Assembly (NCBI GenBank): GCA_004431415.1
Contig: QPMI01000395.1
Location: 620,001-684,000, forward strand
Length of the DNA: 64,000 bases
Origin: Cyanophora paradoxa CCMP329
Lineage: Eukaryota > Plantae > Glaucophyta
Direction: 5' to 3'
Positions 1 through 14,077 of this stretch are shown here, one piece after another. The stretch's first letter is position 1; the number at the start of each line of letters is the position of its first letter. A program made the position numbers and the translations under genes. Under the pieces are notes generated by a model. That model had not been told where the DNA came from, made no database searches, and saw only the letters and a list, made by a program, of their open reading frames with translations.

Positions 1-1720
1 TCTGACAGCGGTGGTGACGTCGCCAGCTTCCACGTCAGAGTTCTAACCAAGCCTGCGGGTCCGTAAGCGCGTGCTCGAGCTCTCGTCTTCGAATTGCACA
101 TGCGTACGCGTGATATCGATGAAAAATCGCGAGCGCAGATCGCGATTACAAGCTGATAGTACTGCCATGGTCAGCACCATCTGCATCCGTGCTTCATGAT
201 CAGCCACCGCGGCCGTCGCCAGCTGCAGCTGCCGCAGCTGCAGCTGCGACGCAATCACAACTGCGACTGCCTGCGCCACTAGTACTGGGGCCGACAGCGG
301 CGCCGTGGCCACTGCAGCTGCAGCTGTGCCCGGCGCCTGCACCTTTGCCGCCACTATGGCAAGTGCCGGCGCCACCATGGCTCGTGCCAGCGCCATTAAT
401 ATTATGCCCGGCACCACCACATCTGCAGCTTCCTCTGGATCTGCAGTTCATGCAGCAGCAACCCTTGCCGTCAACGTCAGCTGCGTTCAATTCAGTGAGT
501 TCCCGTCAATTCATACTTAAAATTGCCTTATAAGCTTTGTGGCTTTGCGCTGACCACTGCGAATTTTTTCACATTTACAGATGGCGCTTCCCGGCGACGA
601 AATCGAATTCGAATTCGAACGTCTACTAGATGAACTGCTGCCTTATGGGGCCATGGGCGATCCACCCGACTCCGCACATGAAATTGATCTCGTGAGCCTT
701 CAACCTTGTCTTATGCCGTTTAATTTTATATTTACTAAGTGCATTACAAGGTGCCGGATCCGGACCAGTCTTCAGAATCAACGTCGACCCCGGCACCGGC
801 TGCGGCTGCAGCTCCTGCAGCTGCCAAGTTCCGAGATCCTGCCGATGTCCTGTCGGTTCTCGCAGTTCGGTCCTTTGGCACCTTTGATTCAGTCCAATTC
901 TCACCAATATAAATAAATATTTGGGGAAGGACCCCCTTCCCCTTCCCCCACTTGGGGGTGTTCGGGTGCCCACCCTAGGCCAAAATGAAATGTCCCGACC
1001 TCCCAAAACCCAGGTTTTCTCGCCGGATCCTAGCAAGGCATGTCCCTAGGAGTCCGGAGACGTGTTCCGGGAGATCCGGGTCCCGTCGGGTCGACCAGGA
1101 ATGAGCAATAACATGTTTTTGAAAAATGCGATCTAGCGCCTCACCAAGTGGCGGTATATCTACCGGACCAAGTGCGCCTGAATGCGACTGATACGCCCGA
1201 CGATTCATGTTATACATTCCGAGACCGGAGAGGCACAGGGTGGCCCGCTAGGCCGCCTCAAGTACCTGTTGTACCGAGCGCCGAAAAAAAGCGCTCCTGA
1301 GAGTTTTCAGCCGATCGAGACTCGAGCAGGGGGGAATGGATGCCGATATCGTGTTGCAGTACCCGGCAGGCTAGCCGACCGGCTGAGCTCCGGCTAGCTG
1401 CGCATGCCTTGCAATGCGGCAACAGCTCATCAAGCACTTCGGAACGTGAAAGAGTGCAGGAAGAAGACGCCCGCTACGCCGCCGCCGCGTTCCGGTGCGC
1501 GTCGCCGATGGTTCTGACTGCCCCGCGCCTGCCGTCCGCAGATGCGAGAGTCTTGCGCCGAAAGGTGCGCTCGCGCGCCGCCCGGCAATCTCGCGCCGGG
1601 CGCGCTCAGAAGCCCACGCGTGTCGTCGAATTCGAACAGCTCCTCTTGCGCACTGCGGCAAGGTGCACAGCTAGATTCGATTTGTGCCGCGCTCCGCAGC
1701 AGACGGCAGGCGGCGGCGCG

Positions 1721-2330
1721 GTCGCCGGGCGGGGCGGAGGCGCTGCGGGCGCCGGCGCGGCGGCGGCGCGGCGCGCGCGCCGCACGGGGAGCAGGCGCGG
1801 CGGGCGGCTGTGCGGCGTGCCGGGCGGGGCGGAGGCGCGGCGCCGCGGCGGGCGGCGGCGGGCTCGCCGGCCGCGGGCGGGGCGGAGGCGCGGCGGCCGG
1901 CGGGCGGCGGCGCGGCTCCGAGCTCGAGGCTCGCCAGGCGGGACGGAGGCGCGGCGGCCGGCGGCGCGGCTCTCCGGCCGCGGGCGGGCGGAGGCGCGGC
2001 GGGCGGCGGCGCGGCTCCCCGGGCGGGGCGGAGGCGTGGCGGGCGGCGGCGCGGCTCGTCGGGCGGGGCGGAGGCGCGGCGTGCGGCGGCGCGGCTCGCC
2101 GGCCGCGGGCGGGGCGGAGGCGCGGCGGCCGGCGGGCGGCGGCGCGGCTCCGAGGCTCGCCAGGCGGGACGGAGGCGCGGCGGCCGGCGGCGCGGCTCGC
2201 CGGCCGCGGGCGGGGCGGAGGCGCGGCGGGCGGCGGCGCGGCTCCCCGGGCGGGGCGGAGGCGTGGCGGGCGGCGGCGCGGCTCGTCGGGCGGGGCGGAG
2301 GCGCGGCGTGCGGCGGCGCGGCTCGCCGAT
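1721..2330. repeat. GC-rich imperfect minisatellite (GGCGGGGCGGAGGCGCGGCG / GGCGGCGCGGCTC units)
   Basis: The same 20-40-nt GC motifs recur in tandem; all frames give low-complexity R/A/G/P ORFs. Confidence 0.85.
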
Positions 2331-3315
2331 CGGGGCGGTCCCAGTTGCAATTACAGGCGTTCGCGCAGCTCAGCGGCTCATGATCAGCGGCTGCAGGTTT
2401 AGAGTCAACACTCTCTAGATCTCTGTCTCGGCTAACCGTTGAACCTGACCTTTCCTACTCAACCGTTAGAGGTCCTTCCCCTCCAACAGGGGCAGTGCAA
2501 CTGCAGTGTCCCTGTTCCGTTCATAATCACATGTACACGTACACGCAAGTCTGCGCATGGCATGCGGATTACGATGGCCGGGCCAGATTGCATTTTTTAA
2601 CGTGGCCCTAAAGGGCACTAACAGCATGTGCGAACGAAATGTAAGCGTTGTAATTAAGCCTGAACGCCATTGGCTCCCGACTTCCGACTCCCGAGCCCCG
2701 AATCCCGACTCCCGAGTCCCGACTCCCATCTGGATCCGACGTCGACGTCGACTCGCGGAGTGACGCCGACTCCCAACTCCCGAGCTTCGAATTCTGTGCC
2801 CTCGCGGCTGCATGTGTTCCCTCTCACTAGAGCGTGTACCCTTGACGATCGCGAGTGTACCCCCTGTTTTCCCTCCTCCCCTGGGTATACTTAGCCGCGC
2901 GTGGTTGCGGGCCCCCGACGGTTTTTAAAACAAAGAGCGGCCACCGGACCCTCACGCCTTGAAGCCCCAACTTGGCAAGACCCCAAGGCCACTCCTGCTC
3001 CGCAGGGACTCGCTTATCGTCAAGTTTAATTATATGATAGCTTTAGTCCTGATAGAAGATCATCCTGCTAGAATTCGAAGATCATCAATAAAATTAAAGT
3101 GCGCATGCACCGGTGCCTTGAAAATTGAAAAAGGGATCCGGACGAAAAGGGAACCATTCATAATTACTAAGTTAACTGTAAGTCTGAGTTGAATTTACAC
3201 ACACGGGAGGGACTCCGGGAGGCCTATGGCGGGCCTAGGCCTGGCTATATGGCTCGCGATCTCGGCCTCACAATATTAATATCGATGGGGACCGGAGGGC
3301 AGATCACGGGGCTAT

Positions 3316-6300
3316 CTAGGTCTCTTCCTGCGGGACGGCGCGATCGACTGCGGCAGCAGTACCAGTCAGGACACGCGGATTCAAATGAGCATACTCTGGC
3401 GCACCCATAGCGAGGGACTCGTTTGCGGTCGCCATGGTCTTCTGGATGAGTTCCTTGAGCGCCTGCAAACGGAATTGGGTCATAAACACGGTGAGCAGGC
3501 TGAATGGATTCGGAAGCTTATAATTAAGCCGGCGCGCCTCGACATCTGCGGCGGAGAATTCGAAGTTGTCGACGTTGCCGCGTTCCCAGAAACCGGCGAA
3601 GCACGGCTCGACTGCCTCCAGCGCCTTTTTCCAGGCCTTGAACAAGAAACGCGAGTCAGAGGCAGTCTGCAAAACTTCATCAAATTTAAATTTCACGTTG
3701 AATTTGACTGCACCTCGTCGGCGGCGCCGCGGACCCTTGCGATGACGTCGCCCGCGCAATTGCGGAACTGAACGACCCGGAATCGAATTCGAAGGCGCAA
3801 AGGGTACGGTAGGGTGGGGTGGGCGGGCCGGGTGGGGGGTGGGGGGTGGGGGGGGGGGATGGGGGGCGGGCAGGGGGGGGGGGGGGGGGGGGGGGTGCGA
3901 AGGGAGGGTTTGCTCGCACCGCCATTTTTGCGGCAGAGTTTTCGTCGGTAAAGGCGGCGCGGGCGAGGCCGCCGGGCCCGTCGCTGCAGGCCACCCCCTC
4001 GAAGGCCTCCCGCATGCGGGCGAACATGCCCTTCCCTTGCTTTAATGCCGTCCTCCGGTAGCTGCGCATGGGCGAGCTCGATCGCGAGGAGCTCGAAGAC
4101 TCTGAGATCTGGAGCTAGCGCCATCGTGGCACAGGGGAGGCGCACGTAGGTCGCAGCGCCCTCTCCACGGCCTTCTCTGCAATCCTGGAGCCCTCCTCCT
4201 GCCACAAACGTTGAGCATATTCGAATTCCAAGAATCGGGGAAATTGAACGGACCCTCCGGTTCTGAACAGGCTCATCTATGTTGTCAAAAGCAGCGTTAA
4301 TGGCTGATCTACCCGCCGCAAGCGCTCTCTCTTCGCAATCGATTAGTTCGGTGTGCTCCGCAGCAAGGGCCAACTGCGCTAATCGTAAGCTGGGCTATAT
4401 TAATTAGACACGCTAAAACAAAATGTCATGCATGTGCACCTTGCCGACGGTGTGCTTGGCCAACTCAACGTGACTCACGAGGTGCCCGTCCAAGAGCTTC
4501 TTTAGAGCCTTTACTTGTTCTGGCACCAATCTGCCGGTCGCGGACTGAATTAATACTTGACGCGATCTGATCGCTTTTGCATGCCCAGGTTAGGCACATA
4601 GATCACAGCTGTAAAGCAGCAATTCTAGATAGTACTTCGTAATTATTACTATACTGGGCCGGTATCGAGGCTATTTCGAACGCGCGGATATCGATACTCG
4701 AGGCTATTTCGAGCGCGCGCACTGAGTGAAGAGTTCGATCCACGAGGAAGCGATGCCGGTGTGAATTGTCTTGCTGAACATCTGCAAGGGAAGTGTGCGT
4801 GGCGGATTCAGAATTTTGTAGACGAGCTCGAAGGATTTTCGCCATGCGGTGCTGCGCATACGGTACCTCGTTGAGGTTAATTTCGCCCCACACACCCCGG
4901 TAGCGCATCGTTGCTCGAAATATACTGCGGAAAAGTCTCACAAAAATGCCGGGAGGCGACATTTGATTAATTATAAACGCGGACGAATAATGCGTGACCG
5001 ATTCGCTCCAGATGCGCGCGATCGATGGGCACTGCGCGGCGGCTGCGTCCGCAGCCTTGGCCACGTCTTCTCTGAAGGGCCGGTCGACGAAATCACGCAG
5101 CAGTAACATGGAAGCCTGCGCTTGCACATATGCCCTGAACTCAGCGCGATCGCGATGGGAGCGCATGCATGTGAAAACGTTGACACACATCGATTTCAGT
5201 AGCGAGCTCGGTGTACGCCTTATGCGCAAGGTTGGCGTAAACACGGCTCGCCGCCGCGATATCGATGGCGAGGCGCTCGATCTCGCTCTCCTGTGCCGAA
5301 TGCGTAGCTGGCTTCTGCAGCTACACGGCATCTCAGTCCATGAATACTCAATCATAATTCTATAGCTGTAGCTACTCACGTTGATAGCCATGACGTATTT
5401 CTCTAAGGTGGAAACGAGCCCTTTTGCGTCCTCCGCCACAGCCCGAGGAATCTGGAAGGCCCTTTTTAGATTAACTGCTTATTATAACGCGCGCGATCGA
5501 ATGAATTCAAAGGGGGCGGGCCTGAAGGCAAATGGTGAAAGCCTTTTCATCGAGGAAGCGCCTCAGAGACGGAATTTCCGTATCCTCGAGCGTCTGAAAT
5601 GTAGCCGGCCGGCCCTGCAACATGCCGCCGCGATCATCGGTGTATTCAGTCTAGCGTTGACAGGAAGCAGACCCGCTTGGTGCCATTGAGCTTGCAGAAG
5701 TCGTGGCTAGCAACCGTGTAGACGGGGATGTCCAAATTCGCCTTGTGCACGTGGCCAGGCAGCCACTGTACATGTATCATGATCATGGCATCAACATTAT
5801 AAATTAATCAGGAATATAAGCTTATGCATATACATGAGCAAAGCATCATGCATATCAGCACATGCATATGCATCCGCCGAAGCGCTATTGAAGATTTTAG
5901 AGGGCGCCGATCGCGAACGCACGTCTTTCATAACGTTGTTGAAACTCTGCTTGATGAGGAGCTTGGAGGTCTGGTTACGCTCCTGCCCGGCGGCCGCTCA
6001 TTTCACATAGCATGAATCGAATAGTTGGATTGATCATGAAATGGTTATTCGAACCTTGAAAATTTCAGCTCGCGATATCGATCGCGGCGGGGAACCCTGC
6101 ACTGCATGCGCAGCGGCCGAGCTGCGGATCCAGCTGGGTATGCACTTGTCTTCGTCGTGGTTGTTGATGTCTTCGGCCCCTTCCTCCTCATCGTACTCCA
6201 CAATTGGCGCCGGCGTCTCAGGCCAGTCGTAATTAATATTGTAAGGCGATTCGACTTCAGGCTGCAGCTGTCGGAAGCGGATTGGAAGCAGTTTAGATTG

Positions 6301-9049
6301 CGAAAGCGGACCGGACCGGAACTTTTCACCTCCTCTTCTATATGCACAGGTGGTTGCGCAGAGCCCTCGCTAGGGCCCGTCTCGGCGGCTGCGGCGACGG
6401 AATTCCATGCGATTGCCCGGCTCAAGTCGCGCTGCACTTCTTCGACTTCTCCGTTGTCCGTCCTGCTGAAGCCATTAATTTGAAATAATGGGGTATCGTG
6501 TGCGATCTAGAGCTTGCAAGAGCTCACATTGTGGCTACAAAGGCGAGTCGTTCGCTCACGCCTCCGATTGCAAGCTGCTCGAAATTAAAGACAGGAAACC
6601 GTTGAACGACGACGTTAAAGACAGGTTTCCGGAGCACCTTGCGGAGGAAGGCCTCGCCGAGGGCATCCCACGCGGTCCGCTCCGTCGCGGCGCGGGTCAC
6701 CGGCGCCACCACCAGCACCACCTGCGGGGCCGGCGGGGCGTTCGGATTCGAAAAGCGCGTGGAAGGCAATCTAAAGCGGATCCGGACCTGACACTTAGGC
6801 AGAAAGTCAAGAGTGATCTGAAGAAGGAGAGTCATGATCAAGGCGAGCTCTTTGGTCAAATTCTTAATCACATGTACATGTATATATGCATATGGATCGA
6901 GATCGATGTATCGCTCTAATTTCGCACTGCGGCACGCACCTTCTCGCGGGCGGCGTTGTGCTCCGCGAGGCCGGGCAGATCCTGCGCCGCGGTGGAGTTT
7001 GGCGCACGCTCGCCCGAGCTCGAATCAACTAAGCAACCGCGGCGCACGATGAGGACAACTCCGTAGGGCAGGCCAGGGAAGGGGCCCGTGATTTTCACCT
7101 GAGGCGGGGTCGGTCGTCGAGTATACGCAAGCCGCTGAGCACAGGAGACGGACGCCGTGACGTCGACTCGGGGATAAAACCTAGACTCTAGATCTGAGGT
7201 TCTGAGAGAGGGCTGGGGCGCACCTCGCTGACGAGGGGCCAGAACTGTCCGCCGTCGGCTTGTCCCACCGGTGCCGCAGTGTACTTCTCCAGTAGATTTC
7301 GGAGCTGGCGCGGGCACCTGCGCAGGCCCGCCGCTCAGACTCTGAGAACTTGCAATTGGATCAAGAATTCGAGTTGGGTCGGAAATTGGAATTCGTAACA
7401 ATTGGCGGCACCTGGCCTTGAATATGCTCTTCAAAGGAAGGATTCTCAGCTTGGCGACAGGCTCGGCGCCAGGCCCTGGGTTCTCCTGCAGGTCCTGCAG
7501 CTCGGCAATGCGGCCGTAGACAGCGCGAATGAGGTGCTTCGCCGCCTGTGCCTCGGAAGTGTTCCTGCAAATTAAATAATAATATTTAATGGGGAACGTT
7601 AGCAAGCGGGAGTATTGAGCGACAACGGTTGCCTGCAGCTGACGGCGGGCTGCATGCACACACCGGTTTGGGTCTAGTGGTGCGTACGGCTCGGGGCGGA
7701 GCGCTTCTAGCCCGTCCGTGACCTCCTCCTCCCATTCCAACCGCGTCTTGAAAGTGATCACAGCTTGGTACGGCTCCTGCCGCGTCCGCGGGAAAATGAC
7801 GCCAGAAGCAACACAACTAATGTACAGCTTTTAATTTGCACATCTCTATTCCCGGTGTCGATTCGTTGAACAGACAGCTGGGAGCGAATTAAATCTAGGA
7901 AGGAGCGGGCATAAATTCGCACAATTTTAATTTCGCGCACCTGGCAAGCAGTGCAGGCGGCGAGGGACGATGTTGGCAGCACGTCGCCCTGTCCCATGAG
8001 GGCGTTCAGCAGAGACGATTTACCTGCGCATGTGGAAGAAAGGCGGATTCTTATACCGGCGAGAAAATGCGGACTAGTACTGCGGCAGCTGCAGGAGCTC
8101 GAGCCGCACCGGCGCCAGAGGGCCCGAGAAAGCCGACATTGATAGTGTTATCGCGCGCCTTTTGAACCTTGTCCTTGAACTCATCTATCTGCGCCATTGT
8201 CTTGTTGTTACTATTGTTTATATATATCCTTTTACGGTGCAACATTAACGCACATCCTTGGAAACTTTCGCGGAGCGGGAGGGCTTCACAGCGGGGTTCT
8301 CGCACACCAGCTCTAGCGCTTGGACGGTGTCCGACAACTTGTCCAAGATCGACGACACGCGCTCTGAAGGTGCATATATAGCAAACGGCGCAGGACTTCA
8401 GCTTGGATTGAAATCTTGGATTGAACCCCCGACGGGGCTTACGGGATTTAAAGACGGGGTCGTCGCGCAGCGGAATCCTGAAGATAGTCGTCGCACCATC
8501 GCGATTGCGAAGCTCCTCCAGCACGCCCTCCAAATCATGCAGCATTCCAAGAGGCTGTGAGGAGGAAGAGGGGCGAGCGTGAGTGTGGCGTTGAGCTCGC
8601 GGTCTATGAACTTTAGTAAGGTTGGAAAACGGCGAAGAGGTCGCACAATGTCATTTGGAGGGTTGCATAGCTCGATAAAGACCTCTTTTAGCTTTTCGGA
8701 GTCCTGGACCAGCCTCGAGGCCGCTTGACACGAGTAGCCGTTGGTCTCCAGCCAGTCGCAAAGTCGCTGGAGCTTTTCCACCGCGTCCTCGTCGTTCTTG
8801 AACAGAGGGGCGAGGTGGCCGTAAACGTAGCCGCCAAGCTCGCGGGGGCTGAGCTGGACATCGGCCTTCGGATTCTCGATGATCCTTCGGGCCACGTCCG
8901 ACCACCTGCGTGGAATCAGCGCATTATCATTAAACGTCGAGGATGATCGATGAAAGTTGTGCGCACGACTCGGCCTTGTTGCGCTTCACGGGAGGCTGTG
9001 AGCCTGAGCCCGCGCTGATATCTCCCGCGCTCTCTCCACGCTTCGGCAT
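3316..9049 (-). CDS. Multi-exon host gene: dynamin-superfamily GTPase, SLIP-GC/NUGGC-like (outer boundaries approximate)
   Basis: Splicing a GT-AG intron at 8109-8024 gives INVGFLGPSGAG|KSSLLNALMGQGDVLPTSSLAACT (G1/G2). Downstream exons read YQAVITFKTRLEWEEEV, VKITGPFPGLPYGVVL, DLPGLAEHNAARE (G3, ~6950-6983) and VVLVVAPVTRA...LAFVAT. Candidate start MPKRGES...PPVKRNK at 9049. Confidence 0.75.
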
Positions 9050-9409
9050 CGCCTGATAGAGCCGCGGTCCAGGAGATGCTCAACTGCTGGCGCCGACGCA
9101 GCGCTCGGCGCCGCGGCGTCGATATCGATGCCGGCGTCGTTTATAATAAAAAGTCAGCAGCGCGCACAGCCGGCACTAGCTATATATAGTACTCGCTCGG
9201 AAAGCTAGAGCTGGTCCAAAGCTAGGCTGCTGCAAACTAGCACTGCGGCCTGGCCGTGTGAGTAGGACAGCCCGATCCGGATCCGATGATCCGGCAGCCG
9301 GGTTTTTTTTCAGGTCAGTTGAAGAATTGTTTCTATTTTTTTCAGGTCAATTGAAAGAAATGATGTACCGGTCGGCGGATCCTGGAGACTCCGGAGTCTT
9401 TTCGCCCCG

Positions 9410-11550
9410 TTCGGGTGCGCGCCCGCGTGCGCGAGCCAGCGATAGACGGGTGAAATCTATCTCTATTTTCATCCTAGCTAGTTGCATAGACAGCCGCTGA
9501 TCATGAGGTGAGGCGCGCTCTGGGCCGGGGCGGGTTGCCGGGCCTCTCGCCAGGGCGGGCGCGATCTCGACATCGGCCCCGCTGGGGACAGCGCCCGCTC
9601 TAGATCAGCCTGGCAGGACCCGCTCTAGACCTCAAGCTCTCTCCCTCCCCCTTCCCCCCCCCCCCCCCCGCCGTCTTCCCCCTTTACTTCTCGACCTTTT
9701 TTTGGCTGCAGCTGGTTGACCCAAACCGGACCTTCTCCCCCCCCCCCCCCCCCGGGCCCCGCCCCCCCCCTTCCCCTCCCTCTCCCTTCCTTCTACCCCC
9801 AACCCAACCCCACCCCAACCACGAACCTACCCCCCGCCCTCACCACCCTCCGCCCGTCCCCCCCCTCCGCCCCCCCCCCCCCCCCCACCTCGAACCCCTC
9901 CGCCCCATCCGTCCTCTAGATCTCAAACTCGCTTCCGCCTCCCTTGCTGACCACGTACCCTCCTCCCTTGTCGCCTTCATGGCCCAGTGGCCCAGCGGCT
10001 GCCTTCCAACGATTCGTGGTATTTTCAACTTTCAACAACATGTACAGCATCAGGCCTAGTCTAGCAGGCACGCAGGGCCCCCACAACATACATGTACAGT
10101 TTTTCATTGAAAAATTAGCTAAAATTACAATAGCTTAGGAATTTGCGTATACTTGCGTACTACGTTGTACATGCATTTAATATGTACCTTATTACGGTTC
10201 AGCTTGGCCGGCGCCTGCAGCTGCAGCCGCTGAGCTGGCGGCCGCGGGCCGCAAACTTTCACATGTACAAACTTTCCACACCATGATGCCGACGTCGGGC
10301 GACGTCGACGTCGAAATCTTACGGGGTTCCCCCACGTCTTCCCCGAGGATCCGGACCACCCACGCGTCCGGGTGCGTTCTAGATCTGATTAGAGGCGGGC
10401 CGGAGATTAATAATTAGAGGCGGGCCATGCATCCTAGATCCTAGATCCTAGCTATAGGACCACCCCCGCGTCCGGGTGCGTGCGTCGCGCGAGCGCGAGC
10501 CAGCAATATGAACCTGGCTACAGATCCTGGCTAGGTACACGGGGGCTCTAGGGCCGGTGCGTTCGCGTGCATGCGCGAGCGCAAGCTAGCGATAGACTGG
10601 TGGAAAGCAAGCGCCGGCGATGCCGGTCCTAGGGGAACCTAGCTATAGGGGGAAGCAAGCGATCCCGGTCCTAGCTAGTTGCATAGACGGCTACCCCACC
10701 CCCTTCCCCACCCCCACCCCCTTCCCCTTCCACATCCCCACCCCCTACCGGAACCCGGGCCTCGCGGGGGCCAGCGCCCGCTCTAGATCTCGAGCTGCCC
10801 CCCGCGCCCCCCCCATCCCCTCCCCTCCCCCTCCCCCTCCCCTCCCCTCCCCCTCTCCCCCCCGTGACCGGGCGCGAGGGGCAGCGGGTGGAGCTTGAGG
10901 CGCTGCTGGCGGAGCTGCGGGCGGGGGCGCCCGAGCGGCCGCCCCCGCTCTCCTGGCGCGGCCTCCTCCGCCTGCCGCTCCTCCTCCGCCCCGCCCAGAG
11001 GGCCTGCGGTGCTCCGGCGCCGGCCCCCGCCCCGGCCCCGTTGGTGCCGCCTTTGGTATCATAGTATCGATCCAGGCGACCAGCGCGAGCAGCGTCGGCG
11101 AGGCGAGTCCTCCCGTCGTCCTTAGCCGATTTCTCGACCTGTTCGGCCGGCTGCCCCGAGCCGGCCCCCTCTCCCCCATTCCCTCCCCCGCCCCCGCACC
11201 CACCCCGCCCCTTCCCCTCCTCCTCCTCCTCCTCCCTCCCCCCCCCTCCCCCCCCCCTCCCCCGCCCCACTCGCCCTCACCCCCGCTCCCCTCACCTCCA
11301 ACCTCCCCTCCGCCCCATCCGCCCCCTCAAATTCGCTTCTACCTCCCTTAAGCTTGCTGACCCGGTGACCGCCTTCCCCCGCTACACATACTACTACGAC
11401 TACTTAAGATTACATACTACGTTATACAAGATACATATAAGATTACGCGACTAATTTCATTGTAAAGATTACATACTACGTTATACAAGCATTTAACTTT
11501 TACCTTGTCATATTACCTTGTTGTATTTCCTGGCCGACCAGCTGCAGACT
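9410..11550. repeat. Degenerate tandem duplication (~9410-10240 vs ~10550-11550)
   Basis: Shared blocks occur in the same order: CCTAGCTAGTTGCATAGAC (9473, 10669), CCTCCGCCCCATCCG..CTCAAA.TCGCTTC..CCTCCCTT (9897, 11307) and TACTACGTT.TACA.GCATTTAA (10158, 11475). Confidence 0.65.
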
Positions 11551-14077
11551 CTGTGAGACTTTGAAAGGTCGTAGCTGTATGCTCCTATATGCCCCTAGCT
11601 ATATGCCGGCGGCGCCTGCTGCTGCGCGGCGGACGTGGAGGAGGCGCTGTACCCCAAGGCGGATGGCGAGCTCGCCGAGGAGCCCGTCTTCTAGCCGGGC
11701 AGGCCCCGCGCTGCCAGGCCCCGTCCCGGGTTCTCAGGGCTGCCGACTGGTCCCCCGCTATGCATTAAATGCGTATTTGAGCTTGTCTCGATGAACAAGC
11801 GAGTCCCTCGATGATGCAACTGGCAATTTATGGCTGCAAAGCGCTAGCAGAAGTGGCCTTTCCAAGTTGGGCCGGGTCTTGCAAGTTGCAAATTTTAAAA
11901 AACTTGCAATTGGGGCTTCAAGACGTGAGGGTGCACGCGGCCGCTCGAGATCTAGATCTAGATATCGATCTAGAGGCTGCAATAGTTTTTAATCGCCGAG
12001 TCGCCGAGTCGAACGGTTCGAGCCGACCGGTACCCGGTACCGTGCGGTACCGGCGGTAAAAAAATTCCGTTGGCATCAAGCTTTTTTAAAGCCTCTACCA
12101 GCAGTAGCACCAAAAAAAAAGTAGCTATACCGGTAGTAGCTGCATGCGCAGTACTTCTACCGTGTAATACTTGCGCTTCAAATTCTACCGCTAGTATGGT
12201 CCGCTACCATGGCATATTACTGAGTACCGCGCTCAAAATTTAGACCGCGGTGATATTGCATGGTAGCGCAGTAATTGTCCTAGCGGCTAACACTTTTCTA
12301 TGGGCGGTTTAATTAACGAAGAACGTTAATTACTAGGTCAGACCCGACAGTACTACGTTCTGCGCGTTCTGCGCGGGCGGCAGTACTAGTAATTTCAAAG
12401 TTTGTGGCGCGGTAATTAGTCTGCCAGCAGAGTCGCGGTCCCGAGTCGATGTCGACGTCCCGACTCCCGACTAGCGATCGGCCGCGGCGCCGGCGATCGC
12501 GACTCGGCGACTCCCGCGGCCGACTCCCGAGTCCCGAGTCCCGAGTCCCGAGTCCCGACTCAAGAAGTTCCGAGTCCCCGGGCCCGTCTCCAGGCTCCCG
12601 CGGCCGGCCCGGAGTCCAGCACTACCTCCGAGCCTCCGAGTCTAAAAACAAACCGTTGAATGTTTTTTGTTTTTGAAACCTTTATTTCGGAACCGGTACC
12701 GCGCCGTTACCGCGGCCGGTACCGGTACGCAGCCGTACCATCCCGTACGGCCCGTACCGGCCCGTACGCTGCCGTACGCACGGTAACGCACCCCTAGGCC
12801 TGCCGAACCGTCGGCGACTAATATTATCATCGGAATCGATGATCGGATATGCTGCTATCATATGCATGCCGGCGTCATTTCAGAACGCCGTGTGCATGTG
12901 CTCATGGCGTCATTCCAGAACGACGTGATCAACGTCATCTTGGACTTTCGATCGATCTCGTACTCCAGTCTCCAGGCACCGGTACCAGCGGCGGCAACCA
13001 GCCTACTACCACTGTCTACCAGGCAGACTAAAACAAATGCCTTAGACTTCATAAGCTTGCCTTGCCTAGCTAGCTACTAGGAGCCAAGGGCTCGCGATCG
13101 GAGTCCGAAATCAATTCCATTATGACTCGGGTTTTTTTGCATATCTGCATATTCATGATCGATTCAAGCCTCATGATTTATGAGCGAAGCGTCCAGTCTG
13201 GACTCTTGAGAGCCTCTGCCTACTATTTAAGCTAGGACTCTCATGATCCGATGACAGGCTCCGAGGCTCGAAGTGATGATCATGATCAGACTCTCGGGAG
13301 TCGGGACTCGGGAGTCGGGACTCATGATCATGATCAGAGTCGGGAGTCGGGAGTCCGGACCGTCGGACTCGGGAGTTTCGGTCGAGTGACTCGACTCTCT
13401 GTCACTCGAGTCCCACCGACTCCCACGTGCACGTGCGAGCCAGGGCAACGTGCACGTGCACGCCGCTGCACGGTGCACCTGGCACACGAAAAAAATTGCC
13501 TTGCCCTGCCTTGCGCATGCCTTGCCGCAGTGCCTCGCGATCGCTACTAGGAGTCTAGCTATATATATATAGAGGACCCAAGGACTCGAAATAATTTCCA
13601 TTCTGATTGTGCTGTTTTTTTAAATTTTGACACCGCTTTTTGCACATAGCTAGAGGCACCGATTTGGTACCGCGCGCGTTGTTTGCATATCTCGCATATG
13701 TACCGGGTACTGCAGACTCACGATTGATTCAAGCCTCATATGCATGATTCATGAGCAAACTCAGGCCTTCGACTCAGGCCGACTCTTTGGCCTCCGGGAG
13801 TCCCAGGCCAGTTGCAGCCCGCAGCCTGCAGCTGCAGTCGCGACTAGTCTGCAGCTTGCATCAGCTGCGCTTGCAATTGCAAGATTGAGCATCCGCGGAC
13901 ACCAGCAGCGAACCAGCTGCAGGGAATCAGGCAGAGATTCGTTCGAATTCGGACATGTACAGTCTCGACAAAACGCAGCTACTGGATGCGCGCAGAGCAT
14001 CCATGAACGTTAACAGATCTAGAGCGTCCTCGGCAGCAGCGTCTAGCGCACGTCTTGCCCGTCAACCAAAAATTCGA

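Noticed and set aside
1340-2418. Four long overlapping ORFs (244-347 aa)
   Set aside because: They are products of a stop-free GC minisatellite, with low-complexity R/A/G/P translation and no domain.
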